64,000 nt of DNA from the human T2T-CHM13v2.0 reference genome, Homo sapiens. The position numbers and the translations under genes are program-made. Location: NCBI RefSeq assembly GCF_009914755.1, contig NC_060926.1; one strand, 5' to 3'. Below are positions 13,381-26,209 of the stretch, piece by piece; the stretch's first letter is position 1; every line of letters starts with the position of its first letter. The notes beneath the pieces are model-generated. The model worked only from the letters and a program-made list of their open reading frames with translations. It searched no databases and was not told the origin of the DNA.

Positions 13381-16201
13381 AAAGCATGACAAATCTCAAG
13401 AAAGACTAGGTGGGTTGTTTTGGTGTTAACTGCACAGAGAACCAAACAGCACCCCACAGCTGCTGTGGCATCGGAGGCCTGCTCCTTCCAGGGCAAGCAT
13501 TATCATGAATAATTAAAGCCAAGCTCTGCTTATCAAAATAAATGAACAAAGGACGCCTCTGACACAGCAGTTCCCCCACCCCAATCTTTTTTGTTTTAGG
13601 AGCCACTTTTTCTCAGCTACTGCTCCTACCAATCTGATGATCTTCAGCGGCATCCCTATCAATTTGGGTAAATTAGCAAGCTTCTCCTCCATATGGAGCT
13701 GCGGCCGTAAATCACAAATATGAGTGTGTGTAAAATTATATAGCATAGGCCCAGTGTAATAATAAACACATTTATATTTTATAACTGCTGTTTTCTCCAC
13801 CTTCAAGCCGCATCATTGCCTGGGCCCCAGAGGTTCCTAAGCACTCCCCACCGGCTCCTGTGTGCAGCCGTCTTGCTTTGTGTGCAATTTCCTTCCCCCT
13901 CGTCACAGACCGCTATCTGCCAAATGCCAGCCGGCTCTTCTTTGTGCTGCAGTGGGCAAGGAACCATACCAGCTCACAGTTCTCTCTGCAGCAGAACACA
14001 GACACAAATGAGCAGGTGACCTCTCAAACCGTGTCAAAACGGACCCTTGACCCAGAGACCTCAAAACTTCAGTGGGTTCGCTGTCTAAATCACCCAACTA
14101 AAAAGACCTATGTTTGCACAACGTGATTGTGTTTACACAAAGATTTAACGCCTCAATAGAGCAAAAGCTGTTCAGTTAATTTTAATTATTGCTTTACTCT
14201 TCTCGCAACAGATTTTTAAAAAAATGCTTAACGGTGAGCTTGTGGTAATTGATCCCACAAGCTTTGTACCTATGGTCCTTGTAGCTCATACAATGACAGG
14301 AGTGGGAAGGATGTATGAAAAGTTTTCCCTGGCTGCAAAGGATTCTTTCTGGCTTTGCTCATTAACTATTCTTTTTGGATAAGGTGCACACCAGGAAAAC
14401 CACAAAAACAAAAATAAAAACAAAAACAAAAACTTTAACATCTAACCATGAGAGGGGGGAGAAAGATACACAGGTGGATTTGAAAGCATTCTAAATGCTT
14501 AGTAGCCAATTATCAGCAAGGAAAAGGCTATTATCAAATTGGGTTGGGGGCCCCGCCAATTCTAACGACTTATTAAGATTATTTCCATGGCAGGTAGAAT
14601 GAAATAAAAAGGGGAAGTTTGAAAATACAAAGATGTACAGGAACACAGGATCACACACAAAAATATCTACAGACAAACAATCCTCAAAAGAGTGGAGCCC
14701 TCAGGGGTAATGTGTGTTATTCCTTCAGCCTTCCAGGAATTTGTCTTTTGGTGTTAATACCTTTTCTTTCCTCAGATCTCTGGATATAATATAAATGCCC
14801 ATCACTCTGAGGTTCCTGTAGATCCTTTTGGCAGAATGCTAGAAAGCAGCTATTCTTCTTCACTGTGTGCTTTTCTGAATTCAGAGGAGAGACTGCTGCA
14901 CATAACAAGCAAAATCATAACCTGAGTTTGGGATCTTTGCCAATGAATAGATTTACAATTCCTGTATTTACCAAGGGTTTTTATTCTTACGACTTCTAAC
15001 CCATTATAAATATCCTCAATTGGGCAAAAACAAAGATAAAATAAAATTATCCTGAATTCCACACTTATCATACAAACAAAAATAAAGGCACAGAAATCAT
15101 TTCTTCAACCTCACCTAGCAAAGCTCTGGTGTAACTGAGAGGAGCATACAACTCATACACCAAGATCCACCCATCCATAGATTCCTTTGAATTCTTTAAG
15201 GCATCTCCATTTGGGTTTTCCAGCTTAGTAATAAAGAGGATTGCTAAGATGCATTCTTTCAAGGGGTTCAGAGAAAAGTTTCTATTTGCTATTTCTCATC
15301 AAGAATTATCTAAAATATGCAAATGCAGTAGTACTGAGATACCACTTCAAGAATCAATACCTTGCGTTTGTTTGCATCTTCAAAACCAGCTTTCTTTCTT
15401 AAAATAGGGGAAAACCAACTAAGATCAAGGATTCTTAAGTTCAACCAAAATAGACAGAATGTAGGAATATACAAGATAATCACTCAGTTTTCTTAGCTAT
15501 TCTGAATTAGTAGTTATACTGAACAAGTAAAATAACAACAAATAGCCATTTATTTTTCTGAACCATAAACAAAACTGAATTCATTTATATTGTTTCAACT
15601 CAGGCCCCCAAAAGAAATAACTGATCTCTAAAGGAAAAACAGAGTAGGGCAGGCTCTGTGATGGTTCAGCAGTGAAATCTTTGAAAAATGATTCTTTCAG
15701 CCTCAGTTCCCTTATTTGTACAATGGGTATAATGAGAAGACTTACCTCATCGGTAAGTGAAGGTTAAATGGAAGGATGTATGTGAAACACTTGGCAACTG
15801 TAAAGATCAATACAAGTGATATTATTATTGCTTACTTGGGTAATGCACTAACATAGAAGCAGCCATTCCCAGGCTTGGTACCCAATTGCCTTCTTACTCC
15901 CAAAGCTGATCTGAGTAGGAACGCCTCAGCTTACCCTTTCTTTAGCACATCTGCTCTGGGAAGCTGACTAAGTAACCCACTGCATCTTCAGGCCATCAAG
16001 ATAATATTACTAATTCCCTACTGGATCTAAAACTAAGGTCCGATAACAACTGTGATCCAAAACATGGCACTTAGCATGACCCCACAAGGCCAGCTCACTA
16101 ATGGCAATCTCTTCAAGTGGCAAGGGATAAGCTAATACATGTAAAAGCCACAGATGTCACGTGCTCCCTACAGCCACATTCACATGTATGAGAGGAATAA
16201 A

Positions 16202-16288
16202 GTCAGCAGTATTATCTCCAAACAGCAAGGACAATGCCATACGATTATAATAGCATATTGTCCATTGTATCTGGGGATGACACGTCTG
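16202..16288 (-). ncRNA. MIR2355: pre-miR-2355 hairpin; 5p arm 16258-16278 (AUCCCCAGAUACAAUGGACAA), 3p arm 16214-16235 (AUUGUCCUUGCUGUUUGGAGAU)
   Basis: 87-nt fold-back with complementary arms, same strand as the host gene. Arm sequences match miR-2355-5p and -3p as I recall them. Confidence 0.9.
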
Positions 16289-17127
16289 ACAATGTTATTT
16301 TCTATGCATGTGAATGTAGCTGAAAGGGCCAATGCATAATTCACAGCTCCTGACAAAATGCAGACATAAAGTATGTGTCCATTAGATAAGGCAATTTAAA
16401 TCCTTTTACCTGAAATAGCACCTTTCTCCCTAAGAACTCAGAAAGCTTCCAGTATGCTCCTCATGGTGCTGGTGCGAACCAGAACAGTGAATAGTAGGAA
16501 ATGTACTGAGGCAGCAAATGCCAGCGCAATATACAGTTTTACCAATAAAAGTTTTATTTTCCCACGGAAAGCACGTCACTCTTATTTCTTCACTAACAGT
16601 TAATCTTCTTTTTGGTAACGAGGAAGCAACTGTTACATTTCAGCAAGGCCACTGTACCCAGGGGGAGAATGACAATACCATATGATGGTGTGGCTCCTCA
16701 GTGCGTGGTCAGCTAGGCCCATTTCCTGGCAAAGCACCTCCCTGCCACGTACCAGCCTGGCAGCTGATGTGATCAGACCTCTGCCTCAGCAAAATCTCAA
16801 ATTATTACAGGTCAGGAGCCTTCTGCAAAAGGGGAGGGCATGAGGCTCAGGAAGAGTCACAATCACGAATCTTCAATCTAGAAGGTTAAGCATTTAGTGG
16901 AGGTAGGGAGATTTCTTTCTTACCATAAGGGGAAAAGCGGCACATCATCTAAATCCTGACAGAAATAATAAATAATGCAATATTTCCATTTAGTCAATAT
17001 TGTTAAAGATCATAAAAGGGAAGAAGGCAAGACCTGGTGGGTAGGTCATCTTAAAAGGATTAGGAAACGTTTTGCAAGTGGTTCAGAGCAACCTACAGAG
17101 AAGAAGACAGCTAAGGTTGCATTAGGC

Positions 17128-17346
17128 CAGGGTTTCTCAACCTTGGCACTGTTGACCCTTGGGCCCACATGATCCTTTGCTGTGGAAGTTGTCCTGGGCA
17201 TTGTAGGATACTTAGCAGTATCCCTGCCCTCTACTTCCCAGATGCCAGTAGCATACCCCCAACCCCAGATATGACCATGAAAAATGTCTCCAGACATTGC
17301 TAAATGTTCCCTGAGGGACAAAATCTCCCCTGGTTGAGAACCACCA
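17128..17346. mobile_element. MER20 (hAT-Charlie), full length
   Basis: 219 bp with terminal inverted repeats (cagggtttctcaacc / ggttgagaaccac) and a perfect 8-bp TSD cattaggc at 17120-17127 and 17347-17354, typical of hAT elements. Confidence 0.92.
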
Positions 17347-19738
17347 CATTAGGCAACTAATGATCTCACATTTTGGGAGAGTGGCTGGACCAAAAGATTT
17401 GCTGTCACACATAATGGCCTCTTCAGACATTGACAGGATGTCCCGATACCCTCCTTGAACCATTGTGTGACTCTCCCATTCCTGCTATGCCCTTCTTAGC
17501 CTCAGAAGTTCTTAAAAGTTCAGGGAAGGCCCATCTGTGTGGAATGCTCTCCCAGTGCGCACAGGCCACATAAGGTTTTGAGCACAGGGTGTCCAGCTAC
17601 AGGCTGAGAGGGGCTGAATCTGGCTCTGCTCCTCAAGCACAGGGAAGCTGCCCCACGCAAAGGGTACTTTTTCTAATTCACACAAAAGCATACTGTGGCT
17701 TAGCAGCAGCCCTGCTGGGGGACTAGCAGCCATCAGATTCGTCCTTTCCAATTCTGTCAACCGGTTTGCTTGATGTCAAAGCTAGCAGTTTTGTGTGGCC
17801 ATGAGAATTAGCAAAGCAGGTTTTCAGGACTGAGGAGAACCAGGGGTTGAAGCAACTCCATGGAATACCTCCTTTCTTCATTCCCCAAAGCATGCTTGCT
17901 TGTATGCCTGCACTCTCACTATTGTTTTAAACATGGAGACATCAAAAGAAAAAAGATCTGCTCTCCAAGAAGAGTACGATGAGAGGAAGCCTCGGAAGTA
18001 TGCACTGATGTTCATTTATCACTGGGTTAATAACCATGACCACCTTCAGTCTTCAAAGACCCCTGCCCTGGGTTTCCAGGGTCTTGCCAGACCACAGTGA
18101 GGCCGTATAACCACATCCAATCAACCGGTGAAGAGGGCTGGGTAAGACAAACTCCCCAGACTTCTTTGAACTTTTCAATCTGTATCCTGCTTAAGTCAAA
18201 TAGGGACTATGCATAATATACTTGCAAAGTTGTTATTCTGACAGTCTGCTGTCAACAAAGATGAAATACTCAAACAAAACCACCTCCCTCTCAAAGTCAG
18301 AATATAAAACTTGTCAAGTGACAAAGGGATATTCTGACTTCTGATGGTTCTTCATAAGTAAATGGCTAATTCATTTAATGGGCAAATGCTTTTGAGTGAT
18401 TAACAACTGGTCCTTTTAACAGAGATAGCAGAAATAATATTATACCCTCTCTGTAAGTTTTTCTTTGATAACAAGATTTTCTTTTGCAATTTGAGCACTA
18501 CTAACGGCTAGCTGGTTTCCTTTAGACAGGTGTTAACACTGCGATCTTCTCGCGATCACCTAGCCTGGCTGGAGGCCTTCTGCCTATGCTAAGGGTACTT
18601 TAAGTAGAAATGATTCCATAAAGCCTGAATTTATCTTATGGTGGAAGGGCTTGTAGCTCAGCCTAGGCCTCCTCCTGCTTCAATTGTGATAGGGTATGGT
18701 GGATCTCATTAGTATGGGAAACCAGTAACAGCCATTAGTGTCAAATAAGAGTTGCCTTTGCTAACTATTTCTGTGCACAGTCACACAACATGCTCTGAGT
18801 TTTCTCAATAAAACAGCTCCTTCCCAGGGGAATAAAGCTGCCTCTTCAAGGGGCCCCAATTTACATACACTTTCTCAACCATTTAAAGTGAAATCTCCTT
18901 GGAGCATCACTTCACTTCTAAAGAATCTTCCTTGTCGCACTTCCAGTGAGAATTTCAATAATGATGAAATGGAAACTTCTACTTCAACAAGAGAGGACAA
19001 CAATATATAAAGTAATTACCTTTTTACCTGTTTTTTAAATCACAAAATTGATTTTAGATTTTGCATCACATTTGTTCATTTGCCATGAGGAAAGCAGCTA
19101 TGGTGCAAAATGTGTTATTGCCACGTAAATGCTATGTCCCAGTGAAAAGCACCAGGGCATGTGCTGTGCACATCAAAGGAATAAAACCCATAATAGGAAA
19201 GTCAAGGGTCTACAAGCCTCCCTTTACTCCTTCATAATAAAACAATCGGGAAAATCCCATAATGCGTTTAGTCCATTCTATTTCCTACTTTATACTCTGA
19301 TATCAAGAAGAATGGCTACACAATAATTTGGTCCATTTAAGAAATAAGGTGGCACTATCCTTAAGATGTTAAAGATGCTGTCTTGTTATAAAGTATTTTT
19401 AATATCTGCACAAATTCTATTACTACTCATATCAAAATATAGGTATGTAATATTTTGCCAGTTTTTTTTTCCTGAAGACCAAAGCTGTCATTTGAGTTAT
19501 GTCTTCAAATGTCTTGTTTCCTTTAAACTATATTTATAAAGTATGCCGAGAAAGAAAGATTTGAAGACTTTAATGTGTTTCCATAGCTAAAGGATTTAGT
19601 TGAGAAGGCAGGATGAGGGGCCGCAGGTGCCAGACATTGTGTAGAATTTGCACTTATGCTCCATTAATTGCCAGCATATCTTCCTCTCCCTTTTCCTCCC
19701 CTCCCCACTGACTAAATCCCTCTGGAAAACAGCAGAGC

Positions 19739-19926
19739 AGCAGGCCCAGACTGGTACCCAGCAGCAACACCAGGAGCAGAAGTAGCCAATTACCCTCCAG
19801 AATACAAAGTGGAATGGGGGGTGGGGGGGGGGGGGAATGATGCAGTTACCTAGCAACCAGAAAGAGCAGAAACAGCTGTGTAGCAGGCCCAGGCTGGTAC
19901 CCAGGAAGAAACAGGATAGCCAATTA
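19739..19926. repeat. Direct duplication of a roughly 50-bp module flanking a G-tract
   Basis: agcaggcccag(a/g)ctggtacccag at 19739-19761 and 19882-19904, each followed by tagccaatta (19783-19792, 19917-19926). Confidence 0.9.
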
Positions 19927-22900
19927 GCACACTGTATTTAATGCTGATGTGGTTTCCTAGTAACAAGATGTACAAGTCTGTCTGTTGCATTTTCCCCCTC
20001 CCCTTCTCACATTTTCCTCAATCATGCACAGTATTACTATTTGCCCTAATTACTGTTTCTCCACTGCTTCCAGCGACCATTATTTTATCCCCAGAGAAAT
20101 TGGAGGAACTCAGGAAAAATCTTCTGTAATGACAGTATTTAGTTTCAAATTCAGTTTAGTTGTAAGCCTTGAGACACTAAACAACAACAAAGAATGAAAA
20201 AAACAAAAAGCCAGCAAATTGCCCTCTGCCTAAATTTTTAAGTAGCCTATGATACCTTTTCTAAACGCTAATATTTACGTGCAAGTGAAACAAAAAAATT
20301 TAATACATACCGTCATTTTGCCACACATTACATTTTCAAATAGGGTGAATCCTCTGTGTACTTGAATTTATTCATATTGATTTTCTGACATTCTCTCCCG
20401 AACACTAGGAACATAAAATGTCTTATTACCTATATCAAGGAAGGAAGATGTATCTTTTGTTGCTCTTTTTAAAATACCAATACTAGTTTCAACAGGCTCA
20501 TGACCAATTGAGAATTCAATATGAGGGATCATTATTTCCTTTCTGCAACAGAAGTTCAGTACAGGTGAAGGATGTTGCATATCCCATAGTAAGGGGATTC
20601 CAAACACCATGTGATAAGTTCATAACCAAGCAACGAATTCCATGAGATGACATTAAACTACATAAACACACGAAATGAAGACAGAAACCTTTTAAACAGG
20701 ACTACTGCACAGTTATTCTAAAATATTTCCTACCATATCTTGGTGCTCTTCTACACTCAAATATGTACCAGAGTCAAGCTTTTTCTTGGTTCTATTCATT
20801 AAGACACAGATAGAATCCTGCATTTTTTAGGGCAACTGCTAGACTCCTAGAACCACTCTCATTTAACATTGGCTTCAATATTAGAGCAAACTATAGTCCT
20901 TATTACAAAACATCCCTGCTAGGAAAATAGCAAGGTCTCCAGAGAAAGATATTAGATACCCTAAGACACCTAACTAGGCAATACTCTACCATGGAGGTCA
21001 AGTTCTTTCTCAGCTAAGGATGGCTTCTGGTTTCCTGCCTGCAACAAAATGATTGATAGCTTTTATCATTTTTAGCTCATCTAGTGAAACAGATAAAACT
21101 ATGCAGACCCAACAAAGTTGGGATTAAAACATCTTTTTACATTATTTGCCTGAAAACAATATGTACCACTTTACTGAATTCCATACATGTTATAGTAATG
21201 GAAACGGATACATTTTAAAGGCAGGAACAACAAAATAAGCCTAAGTATATGTTTTATAATACCAGATGAGTAGTTTAGAATATAAAAGGAGTTTTAATCT
21301 GTAAATGTATTTTATTTTGCAAACAAAATAAAAGGGGTCTTACATGAATGCAGATAACTTTTGAAGGGAAGAAAAAAAAAGATGTCAGTTGCAAAAAAAA
21401 AAAGGGGGGGTATGCCAAGGAAGTTTGGTTTAGGACAAAGCTGGACTGAGGCTCCATAAGGAACCAGCAATGGGGCATTCTGATCTTTCCTCCCCTACAA
21501 GATTATGGGGTCCAATCCCGGGTCAGTCCCCAGCTCACCTAGCTCCATAAACATACATGTTGAAGGAGAAGGTAGGGTGAACAGAAATATGGAACAAAGC
21601 ATGCTAAGCTTATTCTCATTGCAGACATCCTTAAATAATTGAAGTGCTTTCACCTCCATTATTTCACCACCCATTGGTGACTGAACATGGGGACACTGCA
21701 GGAGTGAGAAGTAACTCCATCAGTGGTTGGCTGAATAACCAGCACATTAAAAAGTCACCAACTTTTAATTATTTTAAGTGATCTTGCCTCGACCAACATT
21801 TAGCTTAATAATGTCATGTCAATACATTAACAAATTGTTGAAAGGAAGCCACTTTTAGAAAATGTAGAAAATCCAGTAGCAGAGGAGGGGTAGATGGGAT
21901 GGTGCTGGAGTAAAGTGGGGGAATGCCATCCCAGTTCCCAACACTCCCCCATCATGTCTCCCTACCTGTTTACAGACTACTGAAATTCTATTAAGTTTCC
22001 CCTAATTGAAGGTTAAAAAACTAATAATAGAAGATTAAAGTGTTATACACTGGTGGATGGACGTATAATCCACTGACCACAACAGTCTACAGTGTACCAA
22101 CCACAACAGTCTACAGTGTATTGCTACCAGATCCTTTCTGCTGTGAAGGATAGAGGAAAGCTGCAGGGCAGAAAGTGACAGAGTACAGGAAGGGATCAGA
22201 TATTAGGTACTTAGGTAGGGAATGCAGAAGAAAAAAACCCCATATTTTAGAAAACAAGTTTGGCCAGGGCTATCCAGTTTGCCTCCATCAGGGTGAAGAC
22301 AAATAGAAACTGCCTGCCTGGAAAGGGTTAGGCGTTCTCCATTCGGTACCGGAGTCGTGCAGCAGAGCTTAGTGTCATCTGACACATTCTGCCCCTGGTG
22401 GACCAGATTCCCAAACAGCTGCATTTACTCATCAGAACTAATTTCCTTATATGAAGTTTGTTTCCTGAGGATCTGTTATCAAGGTTTCAACTGTAATTTC
22501 TACTACATTCAAGCTGAATATTTTTCAAAGAAAGACAGGTCACCTTACAATTATTTTTCATCTGTCCTTATATTTTAATTTTTTTAAAAAGAGGACCATT
22601 CAAAACCAATTTGTTTAAAAAAATTAACACGTGAGTTTCTTAAACTCCATTTCTTTCTAATTCAAACACAATCACTACATTATTATTTCAACTTCAGGAA
22701 ACATAGAAAATCCCTGCCTACCATCAATTCTTATAACGTCATCTTAGTCTTCACTCTTTACAAAGCTCCACATAGCTTTCCTTGAACCTTCCTATATTAT
22801 ATGTACAGGATAACCATGATCATGACGGTAATTAACACTCATATTATAATAGAAACAGCCTCTGTACATTATCAATTTATTAAAAGGAACAGTTTTTCTA

Positions 22901-25900
22901 AAAGTTTACACTTGGCCTTCTCAATGTCATTTTTTCATTTACACAGACTTCTCATGACCCTCTTCTTTTCTTCTCTATCAAACAGAACTCGCCCACCCTT
23001 GAAACCTTTGAATTTATAAAATTCTATTACTTTCACTGCCTTTTCTGAAATGAGATTCCTCTTTTCTCTTCTCCTTCCTCCCAGTTCCCCCACATCCCCC
23101 ATCCAAACTATATTCTGAGATCAAGTTCCAAATATAATGATTTTATGAAACCATATTTCAGGCTTTTGTGTCAAAAAGCGAGGTCCTCGGCAATAAAGAG
23201 GGACTAGTGTATGTACAGTGGGTGTTCGAAAATATTGTTTATGATGAAATACTCATTAATTTCATGCTTTTCTTTCTCCTCGATTCTTATTTTAACATAC
23301 TTATTTGCTTTGTGACTATCAATTATCCATTAAAAGGACATCTGGAATAGGCGTCCCACAAAGCCTATATTTATTATCATAGTATAATGATAAAATAAAT
23401 GTGCTTGCTGTGTATATGCTGAGTTTAGGCCATGCTTCCCAATATATGTTTACATTAATTTATCTTCATAAATGTTAGGAGTTATCATATTGCTAAATTA
23501 CCATGTGGTAAAGTTTTAAGATTTTACTGAATCAGAAAATTCTCCCAGCGATTGTTTTTCACCACCTCATTTCATACCCTTTCTTTTCAAACTTCTCTTA
23601 AGCTCTTGAATATGCTAAATCCAAATTATCAAACCCTCCTATTCAGCTCTCTCCACCTTGTGAACTGAACATTTAACCCTTATTCTTGTTTCCATCCCAT
23701 AATCGGGGTTTAATGAGTTTCTGCCTCAACACATGGATAAACTTCATTAGCAGCCATGTGTCTCGGCATATTAAAGGCCCTTTAATGTCTTAAAATCGCC
23801 CCATTTCAGTTGCTATTGTATAAATTCAAAGAATTCTTATCTATGGCACTAGCAGGTTGAAAGTGGTTGATGAACCCCCTACAGTTCCACACTGAGGTAT
23901 TAAATTTTATCCTGCTGATATGCCTGACCTTGAATTAGGGCTTCTATTTATATAAATTACTATACTATCACATTGACATCATTTAAAAAGATGAACAGCA
24001 TCAATAAACACTCTGTCCAGAAGGAGAGAAGCGACTTGTTATCTCCAAATCTTCCATGCTGCCTCTGACTGCTGCTGCAAGCCCCTGCTTTCATTTACTG
24101 CCCCATCACCACCCTTCAGCACTCCTTCCCAAATGGACCACCCTGTTCTCCTTTGCTGGTCACTCCATGGTACAGTGCCTGACATCTATGGGCACTTAAT
24201 ACCTGTTCGCAGAAAGACTGAAGAACACATACAGTAAATAAGAAGCAAAACAATCTACTGAGTAGGATGTAAGCCTATAGGTCAGGAGACATGGGTCCAA
24301 TTTAATTTCTAACAACAGGGACTTGCATAGCCTGAACCAAGTTACTTTTTTGTTGTTGTGGTTCCTCAGTTTCTCCCATGTTGTGATAATACTGACCTTT
24401 CTTATTTGATAGGGACAGAATATTAACATTTGTCATTTTAATGCGTGAACTGAGACTGGCATGTCTCTCTTTAACACTAACATTAAAAAAAGTGAAAATA
24501 GTAACAACCATAAAATAGTAGCTTTATCAGTAACGATAATAGGCCTGGAAATGGAAGACCATTTCTTTGTAATTTCCTTGTACTGCTTCTCAGTCACCTG
24601 ATGAGGCAATATGTTTAAGGACCCTCCTAATTCTCACCTATTTAGAGAGGATATTTAGTTTTCATTGTCCATTTGCATTTAAACTATACGTCTTTAATTT
24701 CCTCTTAATAACGGGTTACTTTTAAAAAATTCATTTGACTTGTTTCCCCTTTATTAGTAAGCTTGGAAGTTAAGAGAGCTCCCACTGGAGCAATACTGTT
24801 TGGTGCAAATCCTTGCCCAACCATCTATGATGAGCTGTGTGACGCCAGGCAAATTACTTGACTTCTCTGGGTCTCATTTTCCTCATCTATAAAATAAGAT
24901 GGTACCTATGTCATTGGGTTAGTATAAGGATTAAAAGGGTTAATATTTGTAAAACATTTAGAACAATGTCTGGGACATAGCAAGTGCTTTATATGTATTT
25001 GTTGAATAAGTAAAATAAACTGTATTTCAAACTTTAAAGGCCTTTCATTACATGTGTGACATAACACTTCTGTTTGCCTTTTGAATGCTACACTGGTCTT
25101 TTTGTTTGTAGTATTTTTAGCCACCTTTTCATTTGAAAATAAACTATTTCCCTAAATTCTGATTAAACTTACAGATTGTGCCACTTTCTGTTTCAATAAG
25201 ATGGGCCCCAAAGAAAATGTAAAATGCTAAGCAAATTGCACACTTGTATTACTTTTCCACCTGAAACGTATCCTGTTATATTGTTCGGGACAAAGTCTAG
25301 AGAATGCTTATCACCACCCATGGTTTAGGTGACAGCAACTTCAGTCTATAGAGAGAGTCCTCCAAGCAGCACGTTCAGAGAACATGGCTTCTTCACATCT
25401 CCCTTCACTGCAAACAAGAATCAAAGATCTAATGACAGGCCATTGTCCTGACTTCACCAATATGACTCACTCATAATAACATAAATGTGGACGTACCTTT
25501 ATATGGATTTTCAAATTTGAAAAGTCTGTTTACTTAGCACAAAGCACCATTTCAATGAAAGGTTTTTTATCTCTTCTCAGAAGTAATTAAGAAAAAATGT
25601 AGAAAATCCTTCTTTTTTTACATAGAAACTATTAAGATTTTTTAAAAATTGATTTTTGCTGAGAATGAGCATAGTTTTTTTTTTTAATATTGGAAGTGAA
25701 GGTTACCTTTCATCAAAATATAAGGATTATTTAGCTGACTCAAGAAGATGAATACAACTATGATCATAATGGTAGAATTTGTGAGAAAGAAAAATATATG
25801 AAGACCAGAACACAGAGTAGGAGAGAAAGGTCTGCAATGACTTGGCTGCTAAGAACATTTTTACACTCATGCCAACACTAGGTGCTCTTCCCAATGAATA

Positions 25901-25916
25901 AACCATATGTCCATTT

Positions 25917-26209
<293 letters not shown>

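Noticed and set aside
14238-14264. Short stems such as agcttgtgg/ccacaagct (also at about 23770, 38784 and 53143)
   Set aside because: Stems of 8-12 bp with short loops are expected by chance in 64 kb.
22389-22406. CTCF-like CCACCAGGGGCAG (also a weak match near 40608-40623)
   Set aside because: One base short of the core spacing, or several mismatches; cannot be called without ChIP data.
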